64,000 nt of DNA from Eledone cirrhosa. Taxonomy: Eukaryota. Made by a program: the position numbers and the translations under genes. Below, piece after piece: positions 25,501 to 40,500 of the stretch. The stretch spans positions 62,001-126,000 of the forward strand of contig OZ024750.1 in the NCBI GenBank assembly GCA_964016885.1. Reading direction: 5' to 3'. The notes beneath the pieces were generated by a model, which was given only the letters and a program-made list of their open reading frames with translations, searched no databases and was not told the origin of the DNA. The stretch's first letter is position 1, and each line of letters starts with the position of its first letter.

Positions 25501-28500
25501 ATCTAAATCTTTGAATATGAAAATTAAAATGACTCACAGCTTCATAACACCAGTCCTTTAGAATTTCAAGGTCACCTCTGATCATTGCCTGTTGAGGAAA
25601 AAACAAAAGATTTTGACCATGTTTCGCTATCATGCAATAATGTATTTTATTGTGGCAGCAGTACTATTGAGGTTGTGTTGCACCCCTCAAGGTTAAAGAG
25701 ACCTCATTATTTTACATATTTGTTCAAGGAAATATGACAAAGAAGATGAATAGAAAAGAAAGCAATGAACCAGAATGAAAAGACAGGCTGTCAAAGGACT
25801 TTAAATATAATAAATACACAAAAATATTTAGCAGCCAGGTAGTTGATACCTTTTGTTTGTTACCTTGATGAGTTAATCAGCAGTAGGTGTGACTGTGGTG
25901 AAAACACAGAGGTCAGATGACTTAATCAGCAGTGGGTGTGACTGATGAAAACTTACAAGTCAGATTAAGGACAGGTTAGAAAAAATATTATCTCTCGGGG
26001 AAACAAATGGTTTCTATCTCCTAATGAAAGGTAGATTGTATGTTTAACATCTATTTTTTCCACGCTTGCATGGGTTAGATGGATTGTCCATATTATGAGA
26101 CCCGACAGAGTACCCGACCTCCCATGGGTACATGCTGAAGCATATAAACAATATGCCCCCACACCCACCACCGCAAGGTGGTCGTGGAGGTGCCACGGCA
26201 AAAAAGCACCCAGCCCACACTGTAAAGTGGACGTGTAGGCGCCACGAAAAAGCACCCAGCACTCACTGTAAATGAGGTTGGTGTTAGGAAGGGCATCCAG
26301 CTGTAGAAATCAAGCCAGATCAGTTCCTGTATGAGCAAGGCATGGTCAGCCGACCAGACACTGCACACAACAGGACAACCCGTCTAACCCATGCTAGCGT
26401 GGAAGAACGGACGTAAAACGGTGATGATGATGAGACATGTCTGGCCAGTTGGCTGTGCTGTACCTTGCTCAAACGGAACTGTATTTTGACTTTTTTTAAA
26501 GATGGATGCCCTTCCTAACACAAACCACGTTTATAGTGCAATATTTATGACGTTAGTGAAAACATGGGCATTGGACAATGTAAAAATATTAGATGTATAA
26601 TGTCAGTATGAATGTATAACAGAATGTACACTGCTAAGAATAAAACTGGTCATTAGAGATCCCAACCATAATGTGAAAGAGGGAAAATTGCATTGGTATG
26701 GATATGGGATGTATATGATAACTGAAAGTGAGGAAAAAATGTGTGAAACAATACAAGTAGAAGGAGTTTGTAGATGAGGAAGATGCCAGACATGTGCAGA
26801 GGCTCTGTACTAAAACGGACCTGTCAAACTCATGCAAGTATGGAGAAGCAGAAGTAACAAGACAATGATGATGACGATAATTAACAATGATACATAGCAA
26901 CTCTGTCATGCTTTACCTCAAGAATATTTGGAATAATCTCTCGTTCACAGTTCTTCAGGAATGTTTCTTTATCAAATGTTGGGTCTATACGACAGATTTC
27001 TGTTAATACTTCTGACATTTCTGTCTTGGAGAACATACTACCTGGTGAGAGAAGAATACACGTATAGTTGAAATAGGGATTTTTAATTTGAGGATGGATG
27101 GCAGAATTGATGTATTTTGTCAAGGCTAATACGAGGGTCAACTGAAAAGTTCATAAACCGACTATGAAGGACTCATGCAAGAGTTGTGAAATCTTACATG
27201 CATTTATTTCAACTCTTCTTATTAATAACTACATTGTTTGTTTCTTTCCAGGGACTATGTTGAAAAATTAAACCTCATTTGGTCATTACCAATATCTTGG
27301 TCAGCCTATCAACTTTTCAGCCAACTCTCGTACAATACAGTTGTATAACTGCTTTCAATTAATCAATATACCAATAACAATTTTTGTTTATTTTTCCCTA
27401 TGAAACAATTGTAAAACAAGAGATCAATTAATCAGTTTAGTATGAGCAATACATGCTCATCTGACCTGGTTTGTCTCACAATGGGGTAACTTGTCTTATG
27501 CAGCATAGTGACAGCCTTTTACATTGAGATGAAATCCCACCGAAGTTAGCTTTGCCTTTCATCCTTACGGGGGTCGATAAAATAAAGTACCAGTAACGCA
27601 CTGGGGTTGATTTAATCGAATCCCCCCCCCCCCAAAAAAAAATGCTGGCCTTGTGCCTAAATCCAAAAACATCAACACAGTTAATGATTTTATACAGTTA
27701 ATGACTTCTTAGACATACTTACCAAATACCATTCCAACTTTATCAGTGAACACACGAGTTGCTCGAACTACAACGTTATCGCTTTCATCATATTTCATTT
27801 TTAAGTCAAATAATTCTAAAGAAAAGAAAATTAATGAGATGAAGAAAGGAAAAGGGTCTGATGAAGAAAAAAGAATCTGTTATATTCAAATGCTAACAAC
27901 CGAACTGTAAATTGTGCATCATACTATGGGGATAGTAAAAAAGTGGTTAAGGTGGTGGCAACAAATGCTGACATTTAAAAAATTTTTTAATCTCACAACT
28001 TTATGGAAAGGGGATGGTAAGAGTGAGGAGAGAGAGAGCACCAGTGGTGGAGTCATACATAAATTAATTTCCTTGATCCTTTCAACAATTTAGCATCTAC
28101 TTTTAAATGTGGTTGGATAATTGCAGATTTAGTTATATGCCAGAATTTATAGCAGATTATAGTGCGATTTTTCAAATTGGATCTTTTTTGAACACAGTAA
28201 AGTATTTTTTTCAAAAAACTTCAAATCTATAAAATAGACAATCTTAAATTACTTTGTTGTAAACTAGTAATATCATATCATCATCATCATCATCATCATC
28301 ATCATTTAACGTCTATCTTCCACGCTAGCATGGGTTTAGACGGGAATTGTCCCACTTGAGGCTAGATTGGTTGTCTTGCACGTATAGGACTGTCTGGCGG
28401 GTTTTCTACGGCTGGATGCCCTTCCTAACACCAACCACGTTTACAATGTGGACTGGGAGGTTTTTACCATGTTACCTACACGGCCACATTACAGCGTGGA

Positions 28501-31500
28501 CTGTGTGTTTTTTTTGTCGGTCTCATTTATTTAGGACTGGATGTTGTGGTACCAACATATCTTTAGGTGTTGATGGGGGTGGGGTAAGAGTAGTGGGATG
28601 GGGGTGTATTTTTGGTTAGGAGGTGCCTACTGACTATAGGTTTCGCTTTGTACTTAGGCAAGGCGGGTCTTCTGTATTACTGTGTAGCGCCAAAGATCTC
28701 GGTCCAGTGACATTGTCTTGGAGAGGTGTAAGTGTGTAAGGTCCGAATTTATCAAATCGTCCCAGGTTTTTCTGGGTCTACCTACTCCGTAGCTTCCATC
28801 TATTTTGATCGCGATGCACTTTTTTATACAGCTGTCGTCTTTCATGCACATCATGTGACCATACCAACGTAGTCTTCTCGAGTAAACAGCATCTGATCCC
28901 TCTTATTCGTAATTTCTCACTTAGTTCATTTATGCTTTGCCGTTCACATATATTACTATTACACATCCAAGCTTTGTTCCTCTCCAGTCTGCGCAGATCC
29001 TCTGCACACAATACCCATGTCTCACTGCCATGTAACATTGCTGTTTGTATGCAGGCATCATACAGTCTGCCTTTCATTTTTAGGGAGAAACCTTTAGCGG
29101 CCAATAGTGGTATAAGCTCTCTGAACTTTTTCCATCCCGTTCTGACTCTAGCTACTGTACTTTCAGAGCACCCACCACCACTGCTGATTTTGTCACCCAG
29201 GTAACGGAAGGTGTCCACTATTTCTATAGAACCATCTGGGCAATGGAAGGAACTAGTATCCTGTGGGCACTTGCTACTACTTATTGCACCTGAGCACCGG
29301 CCACATATAAAATCTATGTTCTTGGTTAGTTTACCTGTGATCCCACTACATCTTTTATGCACCCATAGTTTGCATTTGGGACATAAAATGGAGTTTCTGC
29401 CTACTCCTTTCCTACACACTGAGCATGGCCATTTCCCAGAGGGGACCAGTGCCCTATTTTCCTTCCTACATACTAGAACTTTAGGCTTAGACAAGTTAAT
29501 TTTAAGGACTTTTGATTCTAAGCCATGCTTCCAAGTTTGGAATTTCTTTTCTAGTTCAGCCATTGATTCAGCTATGAGCGTTAGATCATCTGCATATAGA
29601 AGTTCCCATGGGCAGCTGGTCTTGAACTCCTCTGTTATAGCCTGAATGGCAATAATAAATAGGAGGGGGCTAAGGACAGGCCCTGATGAACACCGACTTT
29701 TACGCTAAATTCTTCACTATATGCATTGTTAATTCTAACTTTGCTGACTGTTTCTTTATACATGGCTTGCATAGCTCTCACGAGCCATTCATCAACACCT
29801 AGTTTTCTAAGAGCCCACCAGATAATGGAGCGGGGGACTCTGTCAAAGGCTTTCTCCAAGTCAACAAAAGCTAAGTATAGGGGTTTACTTTTAGCTAGGT
29901 ACTTCTCCTGTAGTTGTCGTACAAGGAAAAGAGCGTCTGTGGTACTTTTACCTGACACAAACCTAAACTGCATTTCATCTAGATCTATTCGCTCTCTGAT
30001 TAGTTGCGCTATAACTTTTTCTGTGACCTTCATGACCTGGTCAATTAATTTAATGCCTCTATAGTTTCCCCTGTCTAGGGCATCTCCTTTACCCTTGTAG
30101 CAGTTAATGATGATGCTGCTACGCCAGTCATTTGGTATGACCCCATTCTGTATAACTTGGTTTACTATCCAGGAGACCATAGTGTGTGCCACCGATCCAG
30201 ATGCTTTCAGCATTTCAGCAACTATCTCTGAAGGCCCAGCTGCTTTGCCTGTCTTCATATCTTTGATTGCCTTACTTATTATACTACCTTCAACTTGCAC
30301 TGCTGGTCCCTCTATTGGATCGATTTGGGGCAGAGTATCCTTTTCCCACTTATTCTCCTCATTTAGTAGCCTCTCGTAGTGACACTTCCAAGCTACCTTC
30401 TTTTCAGTATCAGTGACGGCAAGTATACCATTATAATTACGTACACACTTCTCCCCGACAATATCACGGTTTTCCTTGACACATTGTTTAGCAATCCTGA
30501 ACACCTCACGTAGAACATGCTTGAACTTTCTTTCCTCTGCTTCCCTTCTTGCAAGGTACACTTGTCTCCTAGTTTCCCTCTTCGCTGTTTGATAGTGTTC
30601 TCTACTTCCCCCATACTTTCCAAGCTTGCTTCTTGGCCTTGATTGACTCCTCCACCTTACTGTTCCACCACCATGTTACTTTCCTCCTGCCTATAGGTCT
30701 GCTCCAGCCACAGATTTCATCTGTCGCCTTCAGCAGGTTAACTTTCAGGAATTCCCAGTTCCTCTATACTGTACGTCTCTAATTGCTCTTCCTTACTGTC
30801 AAAAGCATTGAGTAGTATGCTTTTAAATTTGTTACTGGCTGTGGGGTCCTTTAACTTCCACATTCTTCTTCTCAGGGTAGTCCTCCTCTGTTGTCGAGTA
30901 CGTATCGTCCTGACTATGAGGCTATGTTGGGAGGTGCATTCTTCGCAGGGGAGGGATTTAGTGTTTACAACCGACACTTTGTCACGTCTTCTGGTAAGGA
31001 TATAATATCTCTGACTGGCGTGTTCCCCTGATCTATAGGTGATCAAGTGATTGTCTCGTTTTTTTAAGTCTGTGTTGCAGATAGTTAGGTTATTTGCGTC
31101 ACAGAATTCCAGAATTCTGAAGCCTTCCTCATTTCTGGTACCAAACCCGTAGCCTCCATGGATTCCGTCATAGCCGTCACAATGTTGTCCAACATGACCA
31201 TTTAGGTCACCAGCAATAATTATGTAGTCACTGTCTGTTAGTTGGGAGGTAGTGAGCATTAGCGACTCATAGAATCTGTCTTTTATAACGCCAGGCAGTC
31301 CAGATTGGGGTGCATAAGCGGATATTATTGTCACAGTAGTTTCTATTTACGTCGATTACCTTATCTACCCATTTTTCTGCTAACATAATTCCTACTCCAC
31401 CCAGCCCATTTTTATTTCCCACCCAGAAAAGTTTATAGCATCGTTTTTTAACCACAATGAATCTAGCAGACCCACCCCTCCACCTAGTCTCTTGGACACA

Positions 31501-34500
31501 ACATGCATCAACTTCCTTACGTTCAAGCATCGCTACAACCTCGTTAGAGTGACCTTTTAAAGTGCTTACATTCATGGTACCAACTCTGAAGTTTGGGATT
31601 TAGTTTGATGGGTGGAAGGGATGAGATGGAGGTGTAGGGAGGGGTGAGGGAGATGGGGTTATGTTTGCCATCCGCGTCTGAAATAAAGAGGTAACCTTGC
31701 ATTTTCGTCCGGCCACATGAGGTGAATTAATCTTTATCTTTGACATTGTCATTTGAATCTCCAGATTCTTCATTCTCTCCAGAATCCCACGGTCCATCTA
31801 GCATATCAAAGGCAACCAGGTTTAAACTTAAGTAGTGAATAGCTGAGGCGGTGGTTTTGTGTAAGAGTGTAAGAAATTGTTAAGAGAGACGTATAAGCCG
31901 CTGAATTATGATTGGACCATCTAATAATGGTGGCGAGTGGGGGCGGGGGGGAGTTAACTAGAAGGTTATTTTTTTTTTTTTAAATTATAAACGAACATAT
32001 AACAGTAATCAGTGTTTAAATACGAGAAGGTTATTAAACGAACGTATAACAGTAATCAAAGTTTAAATACAAGACGATTGTTTTTGAGGGTCTGACAGAA
32101 TTAACGAATAAAATTGAAGGCTTGGATTCTAAGTAAATGGACCGTGTAAAAACATAGAGAGAGACAAATCCTATATACTTGAATATAAGCCAAGGAATAT
32201 GTGACCAAAAAATCGATGGTAAAATAGGAGGTGGGGTGTGTGCTTATATACATCTAAATAATGTGTTGATTAGCTTCCTCAGCTTATAAATGGGGTTTCG
32301 ATTTTTGCCCATTTCTCAGACATAAAATCGTGGAGTCAGCTTATATTTGAGTAAATACAGTGATTGATGTTCTTTCATAAATGAAGAAAAGGCTTTCTTA
32401 TTTGGAACATTTTACGAGCATAATACTCCTTTCCAGGCATAGCTAAGGATGACACAATAAAGACCCTAGTGTTGAAAAGTGATAGAGCTGGTGCCAGAAT
32501 AAAATACACTCAGCCCACACTGCAAAATGGTAGTGCTGGTGCCACGAAAAGAGGTGCTTGGTACATGTCATGAAATAACTGGTGTTAAAATGAGCATTCA
32601 AGTCATAGAAACCATGCAAGAATGGAATGTATGAGCAAGGCGCAGTCATCTGACCAGTCTAGCCTTAGAACAAGAAAACCTGTTTAAACGATGGAAGCAT
32701 GGAAAATAGACATAAATACGACGATGATTAGGAGGAAGGGAATGTCAAAGAAAAAGTAAAAAATATACAGATACTTACTATGTACATACTGGTTATTATC
32801 TTTGAAATTCTGCCAGCTTTGGAACCAACGAGAGTCTTTGTGTAAAACAACTCCTGTAGCATCTCTGAATGAGGAAATTAGAAAATTTTGTCATATTTTA
32901 TGGATGTTATAATTGGCATGTAAGTGTACAAAAAGATTCTCTTTATAGGGACAAATTATACCTAACGTAGACACAGCATGGTTGCATGCTTAAGAAGTTC
33001 ACTTCACAATCATTAGGTCCCAGGTTCAATCCCACCACATGGAATCTTGGCGAAGTGTAATTAACCTTAGTATCAGGTTGACCCATACCTTGTGAGTGAA
33101 ATTGGGTAGACAGAAACTATTTAGAAGCCCATCAGATGGACTGTACCTGTGATTCTAAGGGACAGCCTTTTTACACACTGTGTCATGCTGAATCACCCTG
33201 TTCAGCCATTTATACATTAATTTCATAAGGCTGTTTTATTGATTGAACAATTGGATCAGTCGTTAAATCTTACGAAGGTCCATTTCATTCCTATATTTGA
33301 TATAATATTTTCATGCAAAGATCTTCTTTACTATTTTTCAGTGGAGTTATCTGATAATAAGATAAATGTATGCAATGATGAAGGCGTGAGACCAAGTAGT
33401 TAGGATGTTGGACTTACAATCATAATGTGGTGGGTCTGATTTCTGAACAAGGTTGTGTTATGTGTTCTTGAGTAAAACACTTAATTTCACTTTGCTTCAG
33501 TATACTCAGCTGAAAACGAATACAGTTTGTGGGATGTAGGCTTTTCGCCTGTCTGGGAGGTCAGTAGACTCATTTTAATACTGACTCGGTCTGTGAAAAC
33601 CCATCTAACTTATGCTAGCAGGGATAGCAGATGTTAAATGATGATGATGATGATGAACTTTGGCACAAGATTACAAATTTTAGTGGGAGATATGATCAAT
33701 TAAATTAACTTGAACTACTTGACTAAGACATAATTTTAAGAATAGAATTTAAATTCAGAACATAAAAATCAATACTGAAATAACTGCAGACATTTTTAGT
33801 CCAGTTCTCAGTCAATTATCTCATCCACCCTATTTAAAGTGGATAATCTATACTATAATAAAAGCTGTGTCTGTCTGTCACGCTCTTTATATAGAGGGAG
33901 GGAAATACTACTCCACCTCAGACTCACTCCCCTCTCCCTAACTAAAGTGTAATGTGTAAACGAAAATAGTTTTTTGGTTGTTGTTTGCGTTACTGTATGT
34001 CCAACAATGCAACACAGACTTTAAAAAAGACTTCCACTATAATAGGAGGTTGTTGTTGTTGAGTGAGAAATACAGTGTGTATATGTGTGTGTGTCCGTTA
34101 GAGAAAATTGTGACCACATTGCAAGGGAGGGGATTTTAAGTGCAAGTCTATCAACACGTGGTAAAAAGTGTGTGTTTCTGTATGTCCTTAGGAAAACCCT
34201 GGGCTACAACTAGTTAGTATAATTAGTATAATTATTCTGACTATTTTGCCATCCACCACCCTAATGACAGAGAATAATTAGTATAATAATTGTTCTGTAA
34301 AGTAAAACTAAGACTTACTCATTGGCTTCTACCATCTTTTCAGTTGGGTCTTTCTTTGAAGACTTTTCTGAACGTTTCCTCAATGTAACTGGAAAAGAGA
34401 AAGTAAATATAGTTTTGCAGGCTTCGTGAAATATAAAATTCAAATATAATATCAAACTGATAGGAATATTTATTTTCATGCAGATTGAAAGAAAGTTTAT

Positions 34501-37500
34501 CTTTAGAGGATAGTTTTTGCATGTTTACTAAAGTCGATGGTGAAATTAGGGAACAATACCTGGTGCTCGATAAGTCCTCGCTCGAGATAATGTTGTCTCC
34601 TCAATTTCTTTTTTAACAGCTTTAACCCCCTATTGTAAAAAAAAAAAGACACACAAAAAAAAATGTTTTGGTAGAGAATAAGATACCAGACATTTCTATG
34701 AGAAATATACATTGATATAAATAGTTTTTCAGAATGGAATTAAGACAGAAATGAAGAAAAATAATCATCAATTTTTATTTCAAAATAAAAAAAAAGAAAA
34801 ATGTGTAAAAAGTAAATTTATGATATATGTTAAAATAAATCCTTAAAAATGACAATGTTGTCATTTTTATTGTTGTCGTTTCAATGTCCTTTTTTCCTAC
34901 AAGCAAGGGTTCTGCAGAGACCAAATCAGTACTGAAGCAAAGCCACTGATCTCCTATGCAAACCAGGGATCTGTGTCTCATTTATGTATAATCGATGTTC
35001 CAGGTTGTCATATCTTTGACACAATTGAGGGTCCTCCCAACCCTTTGGTAAGATTTCTAAGGCTGGATGCCCTTCCTATCACTAACCACTTTACAGCATG
35101 TACTGTGTGCTTTTATCGTGTAGGTCACCTAACACTAGGGAGGTTGTCATGTTCTTCACATAACTGAAGGGTCTTTCCAACCCTTTCTCTGCCAATGTCA
35201 TTTGAATTAATCTAAATTTTCCCAACAAATATAATAATATTAAAATTTTAACTACTAAAGCGTAACAACCTTAAACTCATCATTTTACATCTGCTTTCCA
35301 TGCTGGCATGGGTTGGATGGTTTGTCACAGTCTGAGACCAGATGGGTCAGAGCTCCAATCTTGCTTATTGCATTTCATATTTGCCATGGTTTCTATAGTT
35401 GGTTGCCCTTCTTAATACCAACCACATTACAGCATGTTTTGCAATGTGAGGACCAGAAACAGGAGGTGTTCAAGATTGCGAGGCAGTGTGTCAGAGAGAA
35501 TTGTGATGTCATTGGAGAGAAGTGTATCCGGAATGATAAAGTTGAGCTTGCCCTCACAAGTGCTGAGAAGAAAGATGTATGGAAGAGCCATTAAGAAAGA
35601 TTACTAAATGAGGAGAATGCATGGGAAGAAGAGACCCTACCCCAAGTGGATGCTATACAGGGGCCAGCAGTGTAGTAAGGAAGGCAATCAAAGATATGAA
35701 GTCGGGGAAGGCAACCGGTCCATCGGGTATAGCTGCCGAGATGCTGAAGGCATCTGGGTCGGTAGGTCACACCATAACTACACGTATTGTTAACCAGGTA
35801 ATACTAGAGGGTGTCATACCAAAGGATTGGTGCAGCAGCATCATTGTCAACTGCCACAAGGGTAAAGATGATGTATTAGATAGAGGAAACTATAGAGGTA
35901 TAAAGCTGATGGACCAGGTCATGAAAGTAACAAAGAGTTATAGCACAGTTGATTAGGGACCGGGTAAAACCAGATGAGATGCAATTTGGGTTTGTACCAG
36001 GAAAAGGCACCACTGATGCCCTCTTCCTTGTGAGGCAGTTACAGGAAAAGTACCTAGCTAAAAGTAAGCTGCTCTACCTGGCATTCGTTGATCTGAAAAA
36101 AGCCTTCAACAGAGTTCCCCGTGCTATAATCTGGTGGGCTCTTAGAAAATTAGGAGTAGATGAATGGCTTGTGAAAGCTGTACAAGCCATGTATAGGCGA
36201 GCAGTCAGCAAAGTTAGGATTAGCAATGACTATAGCGAGGAATTTAGCATACAGGTCGGTGTCCACCAGGGCTGTTCTTAACCCTCTCCTGTTTTGCAGG
36301 CAATAACGGAGGAGTTTAAGACCGGATGCCCATGGGAACTCCTATATGCGGATGATCTCACACTTATAGTTGAATCTATGGTAGAACTAGAGAAGAAATT
36401 CCAAACATGGAATGATAAAACAATTATGAATCATTACACAAATTGTTTCGAGAAATGTTTTACTTCTCAGAATAAAATGTATGAACTTTAGTCTTAAATG
36501 CAACATTATATTTTATCAATACATACTAAGAGGATTTATCAGACAAATTAGCAATAGCACTAACATAGTGTGGTTCATAATAGGGATGTATATGAAAGCA
36601 TATAAGATACGTTTATATATAACTAGCAGTGATGCATATGAAGGATGACAGCTGCATAAAAAGGTGCAGAGCACTAGAAGTCGATGGAAGCCGCGGAGTG
36701 GGGAGACCTGGGATGAGGTGATAAAAGTCTACCTTACCCAATTGCATCTCTCAAGGGCGATGACACACGACCGTGACCTCTGGCGTCACGCAGTAATACA
36801 TAGTACCCGACCTACCACGGGTGCTGAAGTATATAGACAATATTCCCCCACACCCTGCCACTGCAAAGTGGTCGTGGAGGTGCCATGGCAAAAAAGCACC
36901 CAGCACTCACTGTAAATGAGGTTGGTGTTAAGAAGGGCATCTAGCTGTAGAAATCAAGCCAGAATCAGTTCCCGTATGAGCTAGACAAGGTCAGCCAACT
37001 GGACACTGCCCACAACAGGACAACCCATCTAACCCGGACGTAAAACAGTGATGATTACAGGGTGTACAGGGGAACTCCTATATGCGGATGATCTCACACT
37101 TATAGCTGAATCTATGGTAGAACTAGAGAAGAAATTCTAAACATGGAAGCAGGGACTAGAAAGAAAGGGTCTCAAAGTCAACCTGACAAAGACTAAGGTC
37201 TTCGTAAGTAGACAAGAAAACAGAACCCAGATCCCCTCAGGGAAATGGCCTTGCTCAGTATGTAGGAGCTCCATCCTCTGTCCCAAATGCAAACAATGTG
37301 TACACAAGAGATGTAGTGGGATCTCAGCAAGCTTAACTAAGAATGTAGGCTTCATATGTAGCAGCTGCGCTGGGACAGCAAGCAGCAAACAGCCACAGGA
37401 AACAAGTACCACCAATCTCTGGGAGGGCTCTGTAGAAACAGTAGATAGCTTCTGTTACCTAGGTGACCGAATTAGCAGCAGAGGTGGGTTTTCGGAAAGT

Positions 37501-40500
37501 ACAATAACTAGGGTAAGAACGAGATGGAAGAAGTTCAGGGAGCTACTGCCACTGCTAGCTGCAAAAGGCTTTTCCCTCAAAACGAAAGGCAGACTGTATG
37601 ATGCGTGTATACGAACAGCAATGTTACATGGTAGTGAGACCTGGGCGCTGTCTGTGGAAGACTTGCGTAGATTAGAAAGAAACGATCCCTGCATGCTCTG
37701 ATGGATGTGTAATAGTAATATACGCGAACGGCAAAGCATAAATGAATTGAGAGAGAGACTGAGCATAAGAGGAATCAAATGCCGTGTGCAGGAGAGGAGG
37801 CTGCGTTGGTATGGACATGTGATGCGTATGAAGAATGACAGCTGCATAAAAAGGTGCAGAGCACTAGAAGTCGATGGAAGCTGCGGAGTGGGGAGACCCA
37901 AGAAGACCTGGGATGAGGTGATAAAAGCCGACCTTACCCAATTGCACCTCTCAAGGGCAATGACACACGACCGTGACCTCTGGCGTCACGCAGTAATACA
38001 GAGTACCCGACCTCCCACGGGTATCGGAGCCGAAGCTGAAGTATATAGACAATATTCCCCCACACCCTCCCACTGCAAAGTGGTCGTGGAGGTGCCATGG
38101 CAAAAAAGCACCCAGCCCACACTGTAAAGTGGACGTGTAGGCGCCACAGAAAAAAAGCACCCAGCACTCACTGTAAATGAGGTTGGTGTTAGGAAGGGCA
38201 TCTAGCTGTAGAAATCAAGCCAGAATCAGTCCCCGTATGAGCAAGACAAGGTCAGCCAGCTGGACACTGCCCACAACAGGACAACCCATCTAACCCGGAC
38301 GTAAAACAGTGATGGTGATTACAGGGTGTACTGGAAGTGTTTTTTGTGACACCAGCACTAGCATTTTACAGAGTGGAGAAGGTAACATTTCTTCGTGGTA
38401 CTAACACTTTACAGGGTGTATTATTTGCTATTGCATGCAAGTAAGAATAATAACAAAAATGATAAAACAATTATGAATCATTACACAAATTGTTTCGAGA
38501 AATATGTTTTACTTCTCAGAATAAAATGTATGAACTTTAGTCTTAAATGCAACATTATATTTTATCAATACATACTAAGAGGATTTATCAGACAAATTAG
38601 CAGTAGCACTAACATAGTGTGGTTCATAATAGGGGTGTATATGAAAGCATATAAGATACGTTTATATATAACTAGCAGTGTTGCTCGGGATAAGATATTT
38701 TGGAATGCGGGCTGCCAACAGACCTAATCGTGGAAAAAAAGCATGCGTGGACAATATGTAAAGAAAATAAACCGAATACTCTGATGGCTGGATAATCTTT
38801 AAGATTTTCCTCGATGAAGCAGGAAAAATGCAGGTTTTCACCTAATGCGGGCCCTAGGGAATCAAGAAAATGAATTTTTTTTATGTGCATAATATGCCTC
38901 GAAATTTAGGGAAAATCGGCTAGACGTAACGCCTAAAAAATGCCCTAAAAAGCTGAAAAAATGGAGTTTTTCACCTAATGCGGGCCCTAGGCCATAAAAA
39001 AGCTGGATTTTCTTTGCTCACGGTATGAAGAAGAGACTGACTAATACATAGCTACAATTTCAAGGAAATCAGTCTGATGTAACGACTCAAAAAACGCAGT
39101 TTTTCACCTAATACGGGCCCTAGGGGATCAAAAAGTAATGCACATGTAAAGTTTGAAAAAAGTCGGTTGGGTACTTCTCGAGTTTTAGGGATTCAAACTC
39201 AGACACACACACACAGACAGACACCCTCAGGGAAGTGATGTAATGCAGACAGTCAAACATAGAGACAGATATTATAAGGGCGCGACATTATATGTATGTA
39301 TCTATCTAAAAAGATAAAGACTAAGAATTATAGAGGTCCCTAGGGCATTGAAAATTTGAAATTTTTTTTGCTCAGAACACTCCCTGAAACATAAGTATTA
39401 CATGTGTAAAGTTTGAAAACAGTCGGTTGGGTAGTTCTCGAGTTTTAGGGATTCAAACTCACACACACACACACACAGTCATCCTCAGTTTTATATATAT
39501 AGATAAACATACAAGAGTCTCACTATAAACGTTTTTATTTCACTGTTACATTCATAGTGAGACTTTCTTAAGTTTATTATACATAAACATATCTTATATG
39601 GATTCATATACACCCTTTTTATATCGGACAAAGAACATTTAACAAAAAGAAATAAAAATAAAAATAAAGAAATAATAAAAAACATACTTCTGAAATATTT
39701 TTGAAAGTTGAAGTTTGACCAATACTTTCTCGACCTTTTGAAATAGTTTCAGCTGCTTTCTCTGCAGATTTGCCTATTTCTTCTGTAAATTCTTTCCCTT
39801 TTTTAGCAAACTCAGTTTTCTGAACTTCCTCTATAGTCTATAGATAAAAAAGAAAAAAGAAAATGATACATTTGAAGGAGAATATATGTATAGCATAGGA
39901 GGCGAATTGGCAGTCATTAGAATATTGGATACAGTGCTTTGTGATATTTGTTCTGGCTCTCTGCTATCTCAGTTTAAATCCCATATACCAACTTTGCCTT
40001 TTATCCTTTTGAGGTCGATAAAATAAGTAGCAATTTAGTACTGGGTTCGATTCTTCCTCTATATCTCTTTCTCACTTCTTTTCCCTCACTTTTTATCCTT
40101 CTCTGGAAGAAATCTACTGTATTCAAACCTGATTTAAAAATTCCCTAGAAATGCTGTACGTCAACATGATGCCCCTACGATTCCCTCAGAAGTTACGGGT
40201 CCATACATACATGTGTAGCAAAAGTTATATTTGAAGAAGAATACATGTGTAGCAAAAGTAAATGTGCTGAAAATAATGAAAAAGGTAGGATCCAACAAAT
40301 AAATTCCATGCTTTAGGGTCAATCTCAGGCTGAACACATTTTTTTTATCTATGTTGCTAAGAGAAAGACAAAAATATATTGCATTTTACCCTTTGATTAA
40401 TCCTTTTCACACCAAATCACCTGAAACTGCCCCTGGTTCTATGCGACAAAAACTACTTGTTTTGACAGTGTTTATATTTATCTAGAGAATCCTCCTGTTA

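Noticed and set aside
25866-25965. About 50-bp tandem duplication containing TGATGA, GAAA and GTC (snoRNA or hammerhead-like)
   Set aside because: No consistent stems or correctly placed C/D boxes.
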